Positions 30,655-41,449 of a DNA stretch of 51,169 nt are shown here, piece by piece (position 1 is the first letter of the stretch; every line of letters begins with the position of its first letter). The translations under genes were made by a program, and so were the position numbers. The notes under the pieces are model-generated. The model had not been told where the DNA came from. It saw only the letters and a program-made list of their open reading frames with translations, and did not search any database. Source of the stretch: an uncultured Gammaproteobacteria bacterium (GTDB lineage Bacteria; Pseudomonadota; Gammaproteobacteria; UBA9214); contig CAWHCQ010000039.1 of the NCBI GenBank assembly GCA_963827755.1, positions 1 to 51,169 on the forward strand, given 5' to 3'.

Positions 30655-30675
30655 GCTGCGGTTATCGCAGGTGTT

Positions 30676-31669
30676 ATGAAGCGCCTGGAACAGTACTGGT
30701 ACCTGCGCAGTCGATGGATGATTCTGTTGATGCCGTTTTCCCTGCTGTACCGGATTGTTATCCGGTTGCGGCGCCTGGCCTACCGTATTGGCCTGTTCTC
30801 AAGCCGCAAACTTCCGGTGCCGGTTATAGTTGTCGGCAACATCACGGTTGGAGGCACCGGCAAGACGCCACTGGTCGCCTGGATTGCCAATTATCTGAAG
30901 ACAGCGGGCTACCATCCGGGGGTGGTTTCACGGGGCTATCGTGGCAAGGCAAGCAGCTGGCCACAGCAGGTGCGTGCTGACAGCGATCCGACTATGGTGG
31001 GTGATGAAGCGGTATTGCTGGCAGGTATCTGCAATTGTCCGATGTCAGTAGCGCCGGACCGGACAGCCGCTGCATCTGCCCTGATTGAACATAATCATTG
31101 CAACATCATAGTCAGTGATGACGGCTTGCAGCATTACGCGTTGCAACGTGACGTGGAAATTGCCGTTATCGATGGCATACGCCGGTTCGGTAACGGTTTG
31201 CCCCTGCCAGCCGGCCCGTTGCGCGAACCGATTGAGCGACTCAGGGAAGTCGACATGGTGGTTGTGAACGGCCTGGGCGGTGGCAGTGAATTCCCGATGA
31301 AGATGAAACCGGGAGCCGCTATCAAGCTGATTGACGCCGGGCAACAGTGCGAGCTGTCCGGGTTCGACGGGCAACGGGTACATGCCGTTGCTGCAATCGG
31401 CAATCCCGAGCGTTTCTTTGCCTCGTTACGCCAGGCCGGCATGCTCGTGGAGGAGCATGCCTTCCCGGATCACTATTTTTTCCGCAAAGAGGACATTAGC
31501 TTCGATGACGGCAAGCCGGTGCTCATGACCGGGAAGGATGCCGTAAAATGCCGTCATCTGGCAGGCAATAATCACTGGTATGTACCAGTCAATATCACCA
31601 TGACCGCGGAGTTCAGTACCCGCCTGCAGGAATTGCTGGACATGAAGGCTGCATCTTGGGTCAGGTTAA
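30676..31669 (+). CDS. lpxK: Tetraacyldisaccharide 4'-kinase (as assembled it reads in-frame into the next gene; the native stop is probably TAA 31667-31669)
   Basis: [66 protein letters not shown]. Confidence 0.93.
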
Positions 31670-31689
31670 ACGACTGTCAGGAAATAATT

Positions 31690-31869
31690 ATGGATAAAAA
31701 ATTACTCGATATACTCGCTTGCCCGGTCTGTAAAGGACCCTTGATTTACCAGAAGGAGAAAAATGAACTGGTCTGCAAGGCCGATCGTCTTGCCTATCCG
31801 GTCAGGGATGATATTCCTGTCATGCTCGAAGAAGAAGCCAGGGTGATTCCCGCGGGCGAGGAGTTCTGA
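31690..31869 (+). CDS. ycaR: Trm112/YcaR-family small protein
   Basis: [18 protein letters not shown]...[22 protein letters not shown]; has its own AGGA RBS. Confidence 0.92.
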   Translation: MDKKLLDILACPVCKGPLIYQKEKNELVCKADRLAYPVRDDIPVMLEEEARVIPAGEEF

Positions 31870-31882
31870 CCGATTTATTGCA

Positions 31883-32641
31883 ATGGCTGCTATTGATTTC
31901 AATGTTGTTATTCCTGCCCGATTTGCATCAACACGCTTGCCGGGTAAACCCTTGCTGCTGATGGCAGGCCGGCCAATGTTGCAGCATGTCTGTGAGCGGG
32001 CCGGTGAAAGCGGTGCGAGGCAGGTCATCGTCGCTACCGATGACAGGAGAATCGCAGATGCCGCCAGCGAATTTAACGTGACGGTTTGCATGACATCCGA
32101 AGAACATACGTCCGGCACAGAGCGACTGGCCGAGGTTGTCGAACAACTGGGCTGGAGTGATGACACGCTGGTGGTCAACCTGCAGGGTGATGAGCCCGCC
32201 ATGCCGGCTGCATTTATCGACCAGGTGGCCGCTGATCTGGCCGCCCATCAGCCGGCATCTATCACGACGCTCGCCTGCCCGCTGGGGTCAACCGAGAATG
32301 AGATCAACCCCGACATCGTCAAGGTCGTGCTTGACCGCGAGGGCTATGCCCTGTATTTCAGCCGCGCCCCGATCCCCTGGCATCGGGATGTTCCCGGGCC
32401 AGTGGCTACTATGGGCAATGCACCGCCCGTCTTGCACCATATCGGTCTGTATGCCTATCGTGCACGGTTCCTGAAGCAGTTTGCCACGCTTGAGCAATCA
32501 CCTCTGGAACGCTTTGAAAAACTGGAACAATTGCGCGCCCTTTGGCACGGGATGAAGATTCATGTCGGGGTTACGCAGCAAATACCCGCGTCCGGGGTAG
32601 ATACCGAGGCAGACCTGCGCCGGGTTGAAAAATTATTGTGA
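31883..32641 (+). CDS. kdsB: 3-deoxy-manno-octulosonate cytidylyltransferase
   Basis: IPARFASTRLPGKPL, SGTERLAEV, VNLQGDEP, LYFSRAPIP, HIGLYAYR, EKLEQLRALW. Confidence 0.97.
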   Translation: MAAIDFNVVIPARFASTRLPGKPLLLMAGRPMLQHVCERAGESGARQVIVATDDRRIADAASEFNVTVCMTSEEHTSGTERLAEVVEQLGWSDDTLVVNLQGDEPAMPAAFIDQVAADLAAHQPASITTLACPLGSTENEINPDIVKVVLDREGYALYFSRAPIPWHRDVPGPVATMGNAPPVLHHIGLYAYRARFLKQFATLEQSPLERFEKLEQLRALWHGMKIHVGVTQQIPASGVDTEADLRRVEKLL

Positions 32642-32698
32642 GCCGGTTTAAATCAGCTGGTTTTGTGTCGTTGAAATTGCATTTTTCAGGATTTTTAC

Positions 32699-33175
32699 AT
32701 GGTTAACGTTCTTTTTGTGTGCATGGGCAACATCTGCCGTTCGCCAACGGCCCAGGGGGTGTTTGAACAGCTGGTGCTGAGTCACGGGCTGTCCGAGAAG
32801 ATCCGGATTGACTCGGCCGGTACCCATGCCTATCACGTCGGCGAGCCGCCCGACAGGCGGGCAGCGGAAGCGGCCCTGAGGCGCGGGATTGATCTAAGCA
32901 CCCAGCACGCGCGGCGCGTCACCCCGGATGATTTCATAATCTTTGACTACATACTGGCAATGGACGAGGATAATTACGAGGAACTGGCGGGAATCTGTTC
33001 GGCGGACGAATTGCCGAAGCTGCATCTGTTTATGCGGTTTTCGTCTGAAAAACACACCGCGGAAGTTCCCGATCCCTATTATGGCGGCGCATCCGGTTTC
33101 GAGAGAGTGCTGGACCTGATCGAGTCTGCATCAGAAGGGCTGCTGGCAGAGATCCGCCAGCAGCATGGTGTCTGA
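32699..33175 (+). CDS. Low molecular weight protein-tyrosine phosphatase
   Basis: VLFVCMGNICRSPTA, DSAGT, EVPDPYYGG. Confidence 0.96.
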   Translation: MVNVLFVCMGNICRSPTAQGVFEQLVLSHGLSEKIRIDSAGTHAYHVGEPPDRRAAEAALRRGIDLSTQHARRVTPDDFIIFDYILAMDEDNYEELAGICSADELPKLHLFMRFSSEKHTAEVPDPYYGGASGFERVLDLIESASEGLLAEIRQQHGV

Positions 33176-33177
33176 GC

Positions 33178-35758
33178 TTAATCCTGGCTGATATTCTCAG
33201 GCTTTGGTCCGGCAGGTGCCGGGCCGGCCGCAGGTTGATTGCTGCTGCTTTCCGATGTTGCCTGTGGTTTGGCTTCAGCGGGCCGTGGTTGGGCAGTCCG
33301 GGGCGTGGCCACATTGGCGGCTGCTACTTGAGCCGCTGCCGGTGATTGAGCGGCGGGCTGACGGTCAGAGCTACCGGCAGGCGGCACCGGGTTCGACGCG
33401 GGCGCTGGCTGTGGAGCAGGGCGTGGCGACGCCGCCGGGGTGCTGCTTGTATTAACGCCTTCTGGCCCGGCAGCAGGGTTTGTCCGCGGTGTATCAGCCG
33501 CTTTATTTGGCTCGGGGCGCTGCCCGGTGTTGTCAGTAGTGGCCGGGCGGTTTTCCCCTGTTGCTGATGTTGCCGGGCGGGTATTGCGATTGCCATCTGC
33601 TTGCGGCGCACTGGCCGGCGCGCTCCTGGTGTTGCCGGCATCGCCGCTTTCCGTGGTTTTTGCCGAGTCCGCTCTTTGAGTGGCCGGGTTGCGGTTTTGC
33701 CCTGAACGGCGGCGGCCGCCGCGACGACCACGACGTCCGCTACGGGCTGGCTGTTTTTCGCGCTGGCCTTGTTGCGCCGGCTTGTCAGCAGCTGCAGTGG
33801 CCGGTGTTGTGGCTGCGGTGCCGGTTTCGGGCTGCCCGGTGTTGTCGCGACGATTATCCTCTCGCGGTTGCTGCTTGCGGTTGCCGGCTGGCCTGCCCTG
33901 GCGATTGCCTGTCTGACGCGCACCCTGTGGACGCGCACCCTGCGGCGGCCTGCGACGACTCCCCCTCGCGGTTACCCTGTGCAGCGCGGCTCCTGTTTTG
34001 CGGTGGTCTGCGTTGCTGGGTAGTCTGCGGGCGAGCCTGAGGCTTTGCCGGCTGTTCTTTTTTACCAAACAGACTGGCCATCAGGCGTTTCAGCAATCCC
34101 GGTTTTTCGGGCGCAGCCGCCTGTCTGGGTGCGGCCGCTTGCGGGGCGGGGCCGGAGGATTTGAGCGCGCTGACGGCGGGTTGCTCGGGTCTGGGAGTTG
34201 CGGCGGCTGTCAGCGGTAATTCTTCAGCTTCAATCGGTTCACGCGCAATGTGGTAGCTGGCTGCAGGCCTGTCCTCTACTGAATCGTCGTTGCGGATGCG
34301 TTGAATATCATAATTCGGAGTATCCATGGCCGGTGAGGGAATAAGCATTACCGGTATCTTGTGGCGGCTTTCCAGCTCAACCAGCAGCTCGCGTTTTTCA
34401 TTCAACAGGTAGGTACCGACATCGACCGGCACACGGGCAATGACCCGCTGCGTATTGTCTTTCATGACTTCTTCTTCAATGATCCTGAGGACTGAAAGAG
34501 ACAGGGATTCGACGCCACGGATGGTGCCCTGGCCGGTGCAGCGGGGGCAGACGATCTGGCTGGATTCACCCAGAGACGGGCGCAACCGCTGGCGAGACAT
34601 TTCCAGCAAGCCAAACTTCGAGATGCGACCGATCTGAACGCGGGCGCGGTCCATCTTCAAGGCTTCATGCAGGCGATTCTCGACATCACGCAGGTGACGT
34701 GCGGGCTGCATATCAATAAAGTCGATCACGACCAGGCCACCGAGATCCCGAATGCGCAACTGGCGCGCAACCTCGTCGGCTGCTTCCAGGTTGGTGTTCA
34801 GCGCGGTTTCCTCGATGTCACTGCCCTTGGTGGCACGGGCGGAATTGACATCGATCGAAATCAGCGCCTCGGTGTGGTCGATTACGATTGCGCCACCGGA
34901 GGGCAGTGTGACCTCACGCTGAAAGGCCGACTCGATCTGGGATTCGATCTGGAAACGGCTGAAAAGCGGGATTTTATCATCATAGAGCTTCAGCTTGGGG
35001 AGATTGTGCGGCATCACTCTTTCCATGAATTCCCGCGCCGTCTCGTGGACTTCCGGGCTGTCGAGAAGGATTTCGGTGATGTCCTTGCGCAGGTAGTCCC
35101 GCAGGGCGCGAATAATGACGTTGCTTTCCTGGTAGATGAGGAACGGGGCGGGTCTTTCTTCCGAGGCCGCCGTGATGGTACTCCAGAGGTGTACCAGGTA
35201 ATCGAGGTCCCACTGGAGTTCTTCGGTGCTGCGCCCGATTCCGGCGGTGCGTACGATCATTCCCATGCCATCGGGGATGTTCATGGCGCTCATGGCGTCA
35301 CGCGTCACGCTGCGGTCATCGCCCTGTATACGGCGCGACACGCCACCCGCGCGCGGGTTGTTCGGCATCAGGACGAGGTAGCGGCCGGCAAGACTGATGA
35401 AGGTCGTGAGGGCAGCGCCCTTGTTGCCGCGCTCTTCCTTCTCGACCTGGACGATGATTTCCTGGCCTTCCCGAATGGCGTCCTTGATGCTCTGCCGCCC
35501 GCCGGCTGATTTGGCAGCGTCGCTGAAATAGCTGCGGGCTATTTCCTTGAGGGGCAGAAAACCGTGGCGATTGCCACCGTAATCGATAAAGGCGGCTTCG
35601 AGACTTGGCTCGACGCGGGTTATTTTACCTTTGTATACGTTGGATTTTTTCTGACCTCGTGAGGGAACCTCGATATCAAGGTCGTAGAGCTTCTGGCCAT
35701 CGACCATGGCCACACGCAGCTCTTCTGGCTGCGTGGTATTGATTAGCATTCTTTTCAT
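33178..35758 (-). CDS. rne: Ribonuclease E; +1 frameshift near 33965 in the disordered C-terminal region
   Basis: [61 protein letters not shown], membrane-targeting helix [13 protein letters not shown]. The R/P/A-rich tail continues in track ORF 33178..34068. Confidence 0.95.
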
Positions 35759-35964
35759 GTTTTGATTCTCTCGTACGCTCGACCTGTTCCTGCCCACAGC
35801 GGAGTGGCTGGCGTACCTGGATCCAGGCATGTTGCCAGCGCGCGGGTACTAGCAGACCCGTTAGCCAGAAAAGGCAGTATATTGCTTGCTGTGAGTGATA
35901 CATGGGAGCGATTTAGTTTGTCCGTAAAGGGTGTTTTCCAGCATCGTGCTGATTAATCGACAGA

Positions 35965-35990
35965 TTATTGGCCGCTACAGCGGCCAATAA
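35965..35990. other. Perfect 12-bp inverted repeat in the rne leader / rne-rluC spacer
   Basis: TTATTGGCCGCT-AC-AGCGGCCAATAA. Confidence 0.7.
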
Positions 35991-36064
35991 CGGCCTTCGA
36001 AAAATGGTTTCATCGGCGGCACTGGCCTTGTCTGTGTCCCCGGGCAGCTACCAGCCGAGCGGCG

Positions 36065-36093
36065 ACTATAACAACCTTGCCTGATGCCCGCAA
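36065..36093 (-). promoter_or_regulatory. Sigma70-like promoter of rne
   Basis: Minus strand TTGCGG-N17-TATAGT, implying a 5' UTR of about 300 nt, consistent with long rne leaders. Confidence 0.55.
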
Positions 36094-36165
36094 ACGAGGC
36101 CGCTAATACCAGTCCGCGATTGGGGTTACACTTCTCCTCACGGAAAGCCAGGCAGTTCGTGAATC

Positions 36166-37122
36166 ATGACTGAATCCCCCGCTAAATCCAGCCCCAAGGT
36201 CCGCCTGGTCTCGGTAACAGACGAGGATGCCGGGCAACGGATCGATAATTTTCTGGCCCGCCATCTGAAGGGGGTGCCGAAAAGCCACATCTACCGGATT
36301 TTGCGCCGCGGTGAGGTGCGCGTGAACAGCGGCCGGATCAAGGCACACTATAAGGTATGCGCCGGCGACACGGTCAGGATCCCCCCGGTGAGGGTATCCC
36401 CGAAAAAAGACGTTCCGCCTGCGGCCGCCAGGATTGACTGGGATAAGCAGACCCTGTTCGAAAACAATCGCTGCCTGGTATTGAACAAGCCTTCCGGGAT
36501 CGCGGTGCATGGCGGCAGCGGCTTGAGTTTCGGGGTGATCGAGGCGTTGCGGGCAAGCCGTCCGCAGGCGCCCTACCTGGAGCTTGGACACCGCCTGGAC
36601 CGGGAGACGTCGGGTTGCCTGGTGATTGCAAAAAGGCGCAGCTTTCTGCGCCTGTTCCATGAGCACTTGCGTAACGGCGAGGTGATCAAGCAGTACCTGG
36701 CCCTGCTGGCAGGTCACTGGCCGGGTGGCCGGCAGACTGTGGATGTGCCGCTGAGAAAGAACCAGCTTCAGGGCGGCGAGCGCATGGTGGTGGTCGATGA
36801 AGAGGGGGGTAAACAGGCGCTCACCATTTTCAGGCCGGTGAGCCGCTATTCTTCGGCCACCCTGGCCGAAGTTGACCTGAAGACCGGGAGGACGCACCAG
36901 ATCCGCGTGCATGCGGCGCATATCGGGCATCCGCTGGCCGGCGACAACAAATATGGCGACCCGGAATTCAATCGCCGTCTGCGCAGCCTCGGCCTGCGGC
37001 GGCTATTCCTGCATGCGCACCGGCTTGAGTTTGCCGATTCAGGCGCGGGCGAGCCCGTCAGTGTCAGTGCCCCGCTGGACGCAGGCCTGAAGGCTGTTCT
37101 CGACAGCCTTGAAACGTCATAA
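36166..37122 (+). CDS. rluC: 23S rRNA pseudouridine synthase RluC
   Basis: S4 domain GQRIDNFL..GVPKSHIYRILRRGEVRVN; NKPSGIAVHGGSG, HRLDRETSG, TGRTHQIRVH. Confidence 0.96.
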   Translation: MTESPAKSSPKVRLVSVTDEDAGQRIDNFLARHLKGVPKSHIYRILRRGEVRVNSGRIKAHYKVCAGDTVRIPPVRVSPKKDVPPAAARIDWDKQTLFENNRCLVLNKPSGIAVHGGSGLSFGVIEALRASRPQAPYLELGHRLDRETSGCLVIAKRRSFLRLFHEHLRNGEVIKQYLALLAGHWPGGRQTVDVPLRKNQLQGGERMVVVDEEGGKQALTIFRPVSRYSSATLAEVDLKTGRTHQIRVHAAHIGHPLAGDNKYGDPEFNRRLRSLGLRRLFLHAHRLEFADSGAGEPVSVSAPLDAGLKAVLDSLETS

Positions 37123-37168
37123 TCTGCCGCCATATTATTTTTTCACCCCGGAGCTTGTCAGGGTTTTT

Positions 37169-37834
37169 ATGGATTCAAAAATTCGATTCATCGTATTTGA
37201 CTGGGACGGAACGCTGATGGACTCCGAGGCGCAGATTGTCTCGTGCCTGCATGCGGCCATTGCAGACCTCCAGATAGAGCCGATGGAGGATGATACAGTC
37301 AAGAATGTAATCGGACTGGGCCTGCGGGAGGCGATCGATACCCTGGTGCCCGGCAGGGATGACCGGTTTCACCAGGCCTTTGTGGATCATTATCGCGAGC
37401 ACTGGTTCAGGTCCGGGTCATCCAGCCTGTTCGAGGGGGTCCGTGAATCACTGCAGACCCTCAGGCAGCGAAACCTGGTTCTCGGCGTTGCGACAGGCAA
37501 GGCACGCCGCGGTCTTGACAAGGCGCTTGGTGAAACCGGCCTGGACAGTTTCTTTGACGCAACGCGCTGTGCAGATGAAGCACCCTCGAAACCGCATCCG
37601 CAAATGCTGCTGGAGTTGATGGAGATACTTGAGGTAGCACCGCAGCAGACGGTCATGGTTGGCGATACCGAGTATGATATGGAAATGGCAACCAATGCCG
37701 GTGCCGCGAAGATTGCCGTGAGTTCCGGGGTGCACAGCGCGGAACGCCTGCAACAGCATTCACCCCTGGTTACCCTGAACAGGATAAGGGATATGCCGGC
37801 ATGGCTGGAAGAGGCGGGCCTGATCCCGAACTGA
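37169..37834 (+). CDS. HAD-IA family hydrolase (Gph-like)
   Basis: FDWDGTLMDS, VATGKARRGL, SKPHP, MVGDTEYD. Confidence 0.93.
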   Translation: MDSKIRFIVFDWDGTLMDSEAQIVSCLHAAIADLQIEPMEDDTVKNVIGLGLREAIDTLVPGRDDRFHQAFVDHYREHWFRSGSSSLFEGVRESLQTLRQRNLVLGVATGKARRGLDKALGETGLDSFFDATRCADEAPSKPHPQMLLELMEILEVAPQQTVMVGDTEYDMEMATNAGAAKIAVSSGVHSAERLQQHSPLVTLNRIRDMPAWLEEAGLIPN

Positions 37835-37866
37835 TACATCCGGATTTTTACTAAACAGGTGGCACT

Positions 37867-38850
37867 ATGTGGGACAAGAACCAATCTGCTGCAAAGGGAG
37901 TAAGTAACCAGGATGACTGGCACAGGGATGTCGTCAACCGGCTTGCCTTTGCAGCGCTGAATGAACAGCGCCGCGCCCGTCGCTGGAGTGTTTTCTTCAA
38001 GGGACTGCTGGCGCTCTATTTGCTGGCACTGCTCTTTTTGTACATGCCTGCAGACTGGGAGTGGGGTTCGCTTGGCAGTGCCAGCGGCAAACATACAGCG
38101 CTGGTTGAGCTTGATGGTGCCATCTCGGATTCATCCGAGGCCAGCGCAGATACAGTCATTGGCGGCCTGCGCGACGCATTCGAGGACAAGAAGACAGCGG
38201 GCGTGATCCTGCGGGCCAATTCCCCCGGCGGCAGTCCTGTGCAGTCAGCCTACATCCATAATGAAATCAAGCGGCTCAGGGAACTGCATCCGGACACGCC
38301 CATCTACGCGGTGGTGACCGACGTGTGCGCCTCCGGTTGTTACTATGTCATTTCAGCGGCCGATGAGATTTATGTCGACAATGCCAGCATCGTGGGTTCC
38401 ATCGGCGTGCGCATGGACAGTTTCGGTTTCGTCGACTCCATGGAGAAGCTCGGCGTTGAGCGGCGTTTGTACACCGCCGGCGAGAGCAAGGGTTTCCTCG
38501 ACCCGTTCCTGCCCAGCAAGGCATCCGATGTCGAGCACGTCTCCAGGCTGCTGGGCGAGATTCACGAACAGTTTATCTCTGCCGTGAAGTCGGGCAGGGG
38601 TGATCGCCTGAATGAAACACCGGAGATGTTCACCGGCCTTGTCTGGACGGGTGAGGAAAGCGTCGACATGGGTATGGCCGATGCAATCGGCAGTTCCGGT
38701 TATGTCGCCCGTGAAATCATCGGCGAGGAAGTGGTCGTGGATTTCACCCAGGAACCTGACCTGCTGGAGCGCATCACCGACCGTATCGGTGTGGCCATGG
38801 CAAAAGGCATGAGTGGCATAGTCGCATCCCGTTTCGGGATGATGCACTAG
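37867..38850 (+). CDS. sppA: S49 family signal peptide peptidase (SppA-like)
   Basis: NSPGGSPVQS, CASGCYY, SIVGSIGV, KGFLDPF. Confidence 0.92.
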   Translation: MWDKNQSAAKGVSNQDDWHRDVVNRLAFAALNEQRRARRWSVFFKGLLALYLLALLFLYMPADWEWGSLGSASGKHTALVELDGAISDSSEASADTVIGGLRDAFEDKKTAGVILRANSPGGSPVQSAYIHNEIKRLRELHPDTPIYAVVTDVCASGCYYVISAADEIYVDNASIVGSIGVRMDSFGFVDSMEKLGVERRLYTAGESKGFLDPFLPSKASDVEHVSRLLGEIHEQFISAVKSGRGDRLNETPEMFTGLVWTGEESVDMGMADAIGSSGYVAREIIGEEVVVDFTQEPDLLERITDRIGVAMAKGMSGIVASRFGMMH

Positions 38851-38860
38851 CGGGTCTGCT

Positions 38861-39454
38861 TCAGGGCAGACTGATGCCTGCGCTGCGCAGCATGGTCGTC
38901 AGCGTAATAAGAGGCAGGCCGATCAATGCCGTCGGGTCATCACCCTGCATGCGCTCAAACAGGGTAATCCCGAGTCCTTCTGATTTAAAACTCCCGGCAC
39001 AGTTATAGGGTTTGTCCGCTCGCAGGTAGTGTTCTATCTGCCTGTCATCAAGCAGCCTGAACCGGACGCTGAAGGGGACGACCGCGACATTGACCGTATC
39101 GGTGACGCTGTTCAGCAAACACAGCCCGGTATAAAAACATACGTTTTTTCCCGAAAGGACCTGCAGCTGTTCCACGGCCTTTTCATGTGTCCCGGGTTTT
39201 CCCAGGATACCATCGCCCGTGCTGGCCACCTGGTCCGAGCCGATAATCAGGCCTTTACGGGAGGCGCCGATGGCGCGCGCCTTTGCCTCGGCGAGCCGTT
39301 CTACCAGCTGTGACGGTTTTTCGCCGGGACGGGCAGACTCGTCAATATCGGGCGCGGCCGTCGTGAACGGAATAGCAAGTCGCTGCAGCAATTCCCGGCG
39401 AAAAGGCGAGGTCGATGCCAGGATAAGCGGCAGTTGGGTGGCGGTGCTATTCAT
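38861..39454 (-). CDS. maf: Maf family nucleotide pyrophosphatase (YceF-type)
   Basis: LILASTSPFRRELL, IIGSDQV, GKPG, CAGSFKSEGLG, ALIGLPL. Confidence 0.95.
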   Translation of the reverse strand: MNSTATQLPLILASTSPFRRELLQRLAIPFTTAAPDIDESARPGEKPSQLVERLAEAKARAIGASRKGLIIGSDQVASTGDGILGKPGTHEKAVEQLQVLSGKNVCFYTGLCLLNSVTDTVNVAVVPFSVRFRLLDDRQIEHYLRADKPYNCAGSFKSEGLGITLFERMQGDDPTALIGLPLITLTTMLRSAGISLP

Positions 39455-39555
39455 GGTTCTGCAGTGTGAGTGACCCTGTAGACGTGGGTTAATCATGGCA
39501 GACTATACGGGGCCGGGAATGAACAGGAAACTGCCGGCTTTTCAGTGATTTCCTT

Positions 39556-39584
39556 TTGACAGTACTGTCGACAGAATATAGTAT
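39556..39584 (+). promoter_or_regulatory. Sigma70 promoter of the yceD-rpmF operon
   Basis: TTGACA-N17-TAGTAT immediately before yceD. Confidence 0.6.
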
Positions 39585-39593
39585 GAGCGGGTT

Positions 39594-40109
39594 ATGATAG
39601 ACCACCTGCCAGATCGACTTGATCTGATGGCGACTGCTGCTGCGGGACGAATACTGCAGGGCCGGATTCCACTGGCCAGGCTGGAGCGGGCATTGCCGGC
39701 CTTGAAGTCGAGTGCAGGCGAATTACAGGTTGTCCTGGAACTGGGCAAGGATGCGGACGGCACGCATTACCTGGCAGGATCCCTGCACGGTGATGTGGTA
39801 CTGACCTGTCAACGTTGCCTGGGGGAAATGGTTCTGCCGCTGGATGTGGAATTCCGCCTGGGTTTGATTCGTGACGAGGCTGCAATCAACGATCTGTCGG
39901 ACTGGTATGACCCGTTGGTCGTAACGGCTGAACCGGCAGATATTGCGGATATCCTGTCAGATGAAGTATTGCTGGCGCTGCCGATTGTTCCCCTGCACGG
40001 GGAGTCGGAAGAATGCCCGGGATTGCCAAAACGTTACCAGCCGTCAGCCGAAGATCAGCGGGAAAACCCGTTTGCTGTCCTGGCGGGACTGAAACAGAAA
40101 CTACAGTAG
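39594..40109 (+). CDS. yceD: YceD/DUF177 family protein
   Basis: [31 protein letters not shown]; lies just before rpmF. Confidence 0.93.
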   Translation: MIDHLPDRLDLMATAAAGRILQGRIPLARLERALPALKSSAGELQVVLELGKDADGTHYLAGSLHGDVVLTCQRCLGEMVLPLDVEFRLGLIRDEAAINDLSDWYDPLVVTAEPADIADILSDEVLLALPIVPLHGESEECPGLPKRYQPSAEDQRENPFAVLAGLKQKLQ

Positions 40110-40122
40110 AGGAATAGATAGC

Positions 40123-40302
40123 ATGGCTGTTCAAAAGAATCGCAAGACGCCTTCACGGCGTGGCATGCGTCGTTCGCATGACAAATTGACATCGAATACG
40201 TTTTCGATTGAACCGACAACCGGAGAGACGCACCTCCGTCACCATATCAGTGCCGATGGCTTTTATCGCGGGCGCAAGGTTGTCGACAAGGACCTGGACT
40301 GA
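40123..40302 (+). CDS. rpmF: 50S ribosomal protein L32 (59 aa; below the ORF-track cutoff)
   Basis: [59 protein letters not shown]; AGAGG RBS. Confidence 0.98.
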   Translation: MAVQKNRKTPSRRGMRRSHDKLTSNTFSIEPTTGETHLRHHISADGFYRGRKVVDKDLD

Positions 40303-40420
40303 TTGATCATCCTGTAGAGAACGGTTATGCGGGTAACTCCCGCGGAGTGTTGCAGATTCAGGGCACTCCCGCGGTTTGCCCGAATGCACTGTCCTTGCTT
40401 CAAAAAATCACCATCAAACC

Positions 40421-41449
40421 ATGAGCCGGGGAATCACGATTGCACTTGATGCAATGGGCGGCGATTTTGGTTCCGGAGTGGTTGTACCCGCTGCCGTTTC
40501 GGCAATCGCCCGGTATCCCGATGTGACATTTATCCTGGTGGGCGATGAAACACAGCTCGCGCAGGCCCTGCAAGCTGCAGGCAGCGGTAAAAATCCCGGT
40601 TTGAAAATCCATCACGCAAGCCAGCAGGTGGAAATGGATGAATTGCCGTCCAGCGCGTTGCGTAACAAGAAAGATTCCTCCATGCGTGTGGCATTGAACC
40701 TCGTCAAGGAAGGTGTCGCTGATGCCTGCGTCAGTGCCGGTAATACAGGGGCATTGATGGCAACCTCCCGGTTTGTGCTGAAGATGCTGCCGGGTATCAG
40801 CAGGCCGGCTATCTGTACGGCCTTGCCGACGTCGCAGGGTCATACATGGATGCTCGACCTGGGTGCGAATGTTGAATGTGATGCCGAGCACCTGTTCCAG
40901 TTTGCCTTGATGGGCTCGGAGCTGGCAGCTGCAGTCGATGGCAACGAGAAGCCCGCCATTGGCGTGCTGAATATCGGCGAGGAAGAAATCAAGGGCAATG
41001 AACAGGTCAGGGAAGCCGCCAGGCTGATCGCTGAAAGTCGTATGAACTACAAGGGTTATGCCGAGGGTGATGATATCTACAAGGGTGATTTCGATGTCAT
41101 CGTTTGTGACGGCTTTGTCGGTAATATTTCCCTGAAGACCAGCGAGGGCCTTGCGAAAATGATCGCCGGGTTTATCAAGCAGGAATTTACCCGTAACGCG
41201 CTTACCCGGCTGGCCGCGGTGATCGCCATGCCCGTGCTCAAGGCCTTTCGCCGCAGGATAGACCCGCGTCACTATAACGGTGCCAGCCTGCTGGGTCTGC
41301 GCGGGATTGTCATCAAGAGCCACGGCGGTGCAGATTCACTGGCGTTCGGCAATGCCATCAAGGTGGCTGTTCTGCAAGTAAGGGAGCGCGTGCCGCAACG
41401 GATCAGCCAGCACCTGCAGACCTACCAGGAAAACAGGAACGCCCTATGA
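40421..41449 (+). CDS. plsX: Phosphate acyltransferase PlsX
   Basis: [44 protein letters not shown]. Confidence 0.97.
   Translation: MSRGITIALDAMGGDFGSGVVVPAAVSAIARYPDVTFILVGDETQLAQALQAAGSGKNPGLKIHHASQQVEMDELPSSALRNKKDSSMRVALNLVKEGVADACVSAGNTGALMATSRFVLKMLPGISRPAICTALPTSQGHTWMLDLGANVECDAEHLFQFALMGSELAAAVDGNEKPAIGVLNIGEEEIKGNEQVREAARLIAESRMNYKGYAEGDDIYKGDFDVIVCDGFVGNISLKTSEGLAKMIAGFIKQEFTRNALTRLAAVIAMPVLKAFRRRIDPRHYNGASLLGLRGIVIKSHGGADSLAFGNAIKVAVLQVRERVPQRISQHLQTYQENRNAL

Noticed and set aside
33178-34068. Separate 296-aa low-complexity protein
   Set aside because: It is the frameshifted disordered C-terminal scaffold of RNase E.
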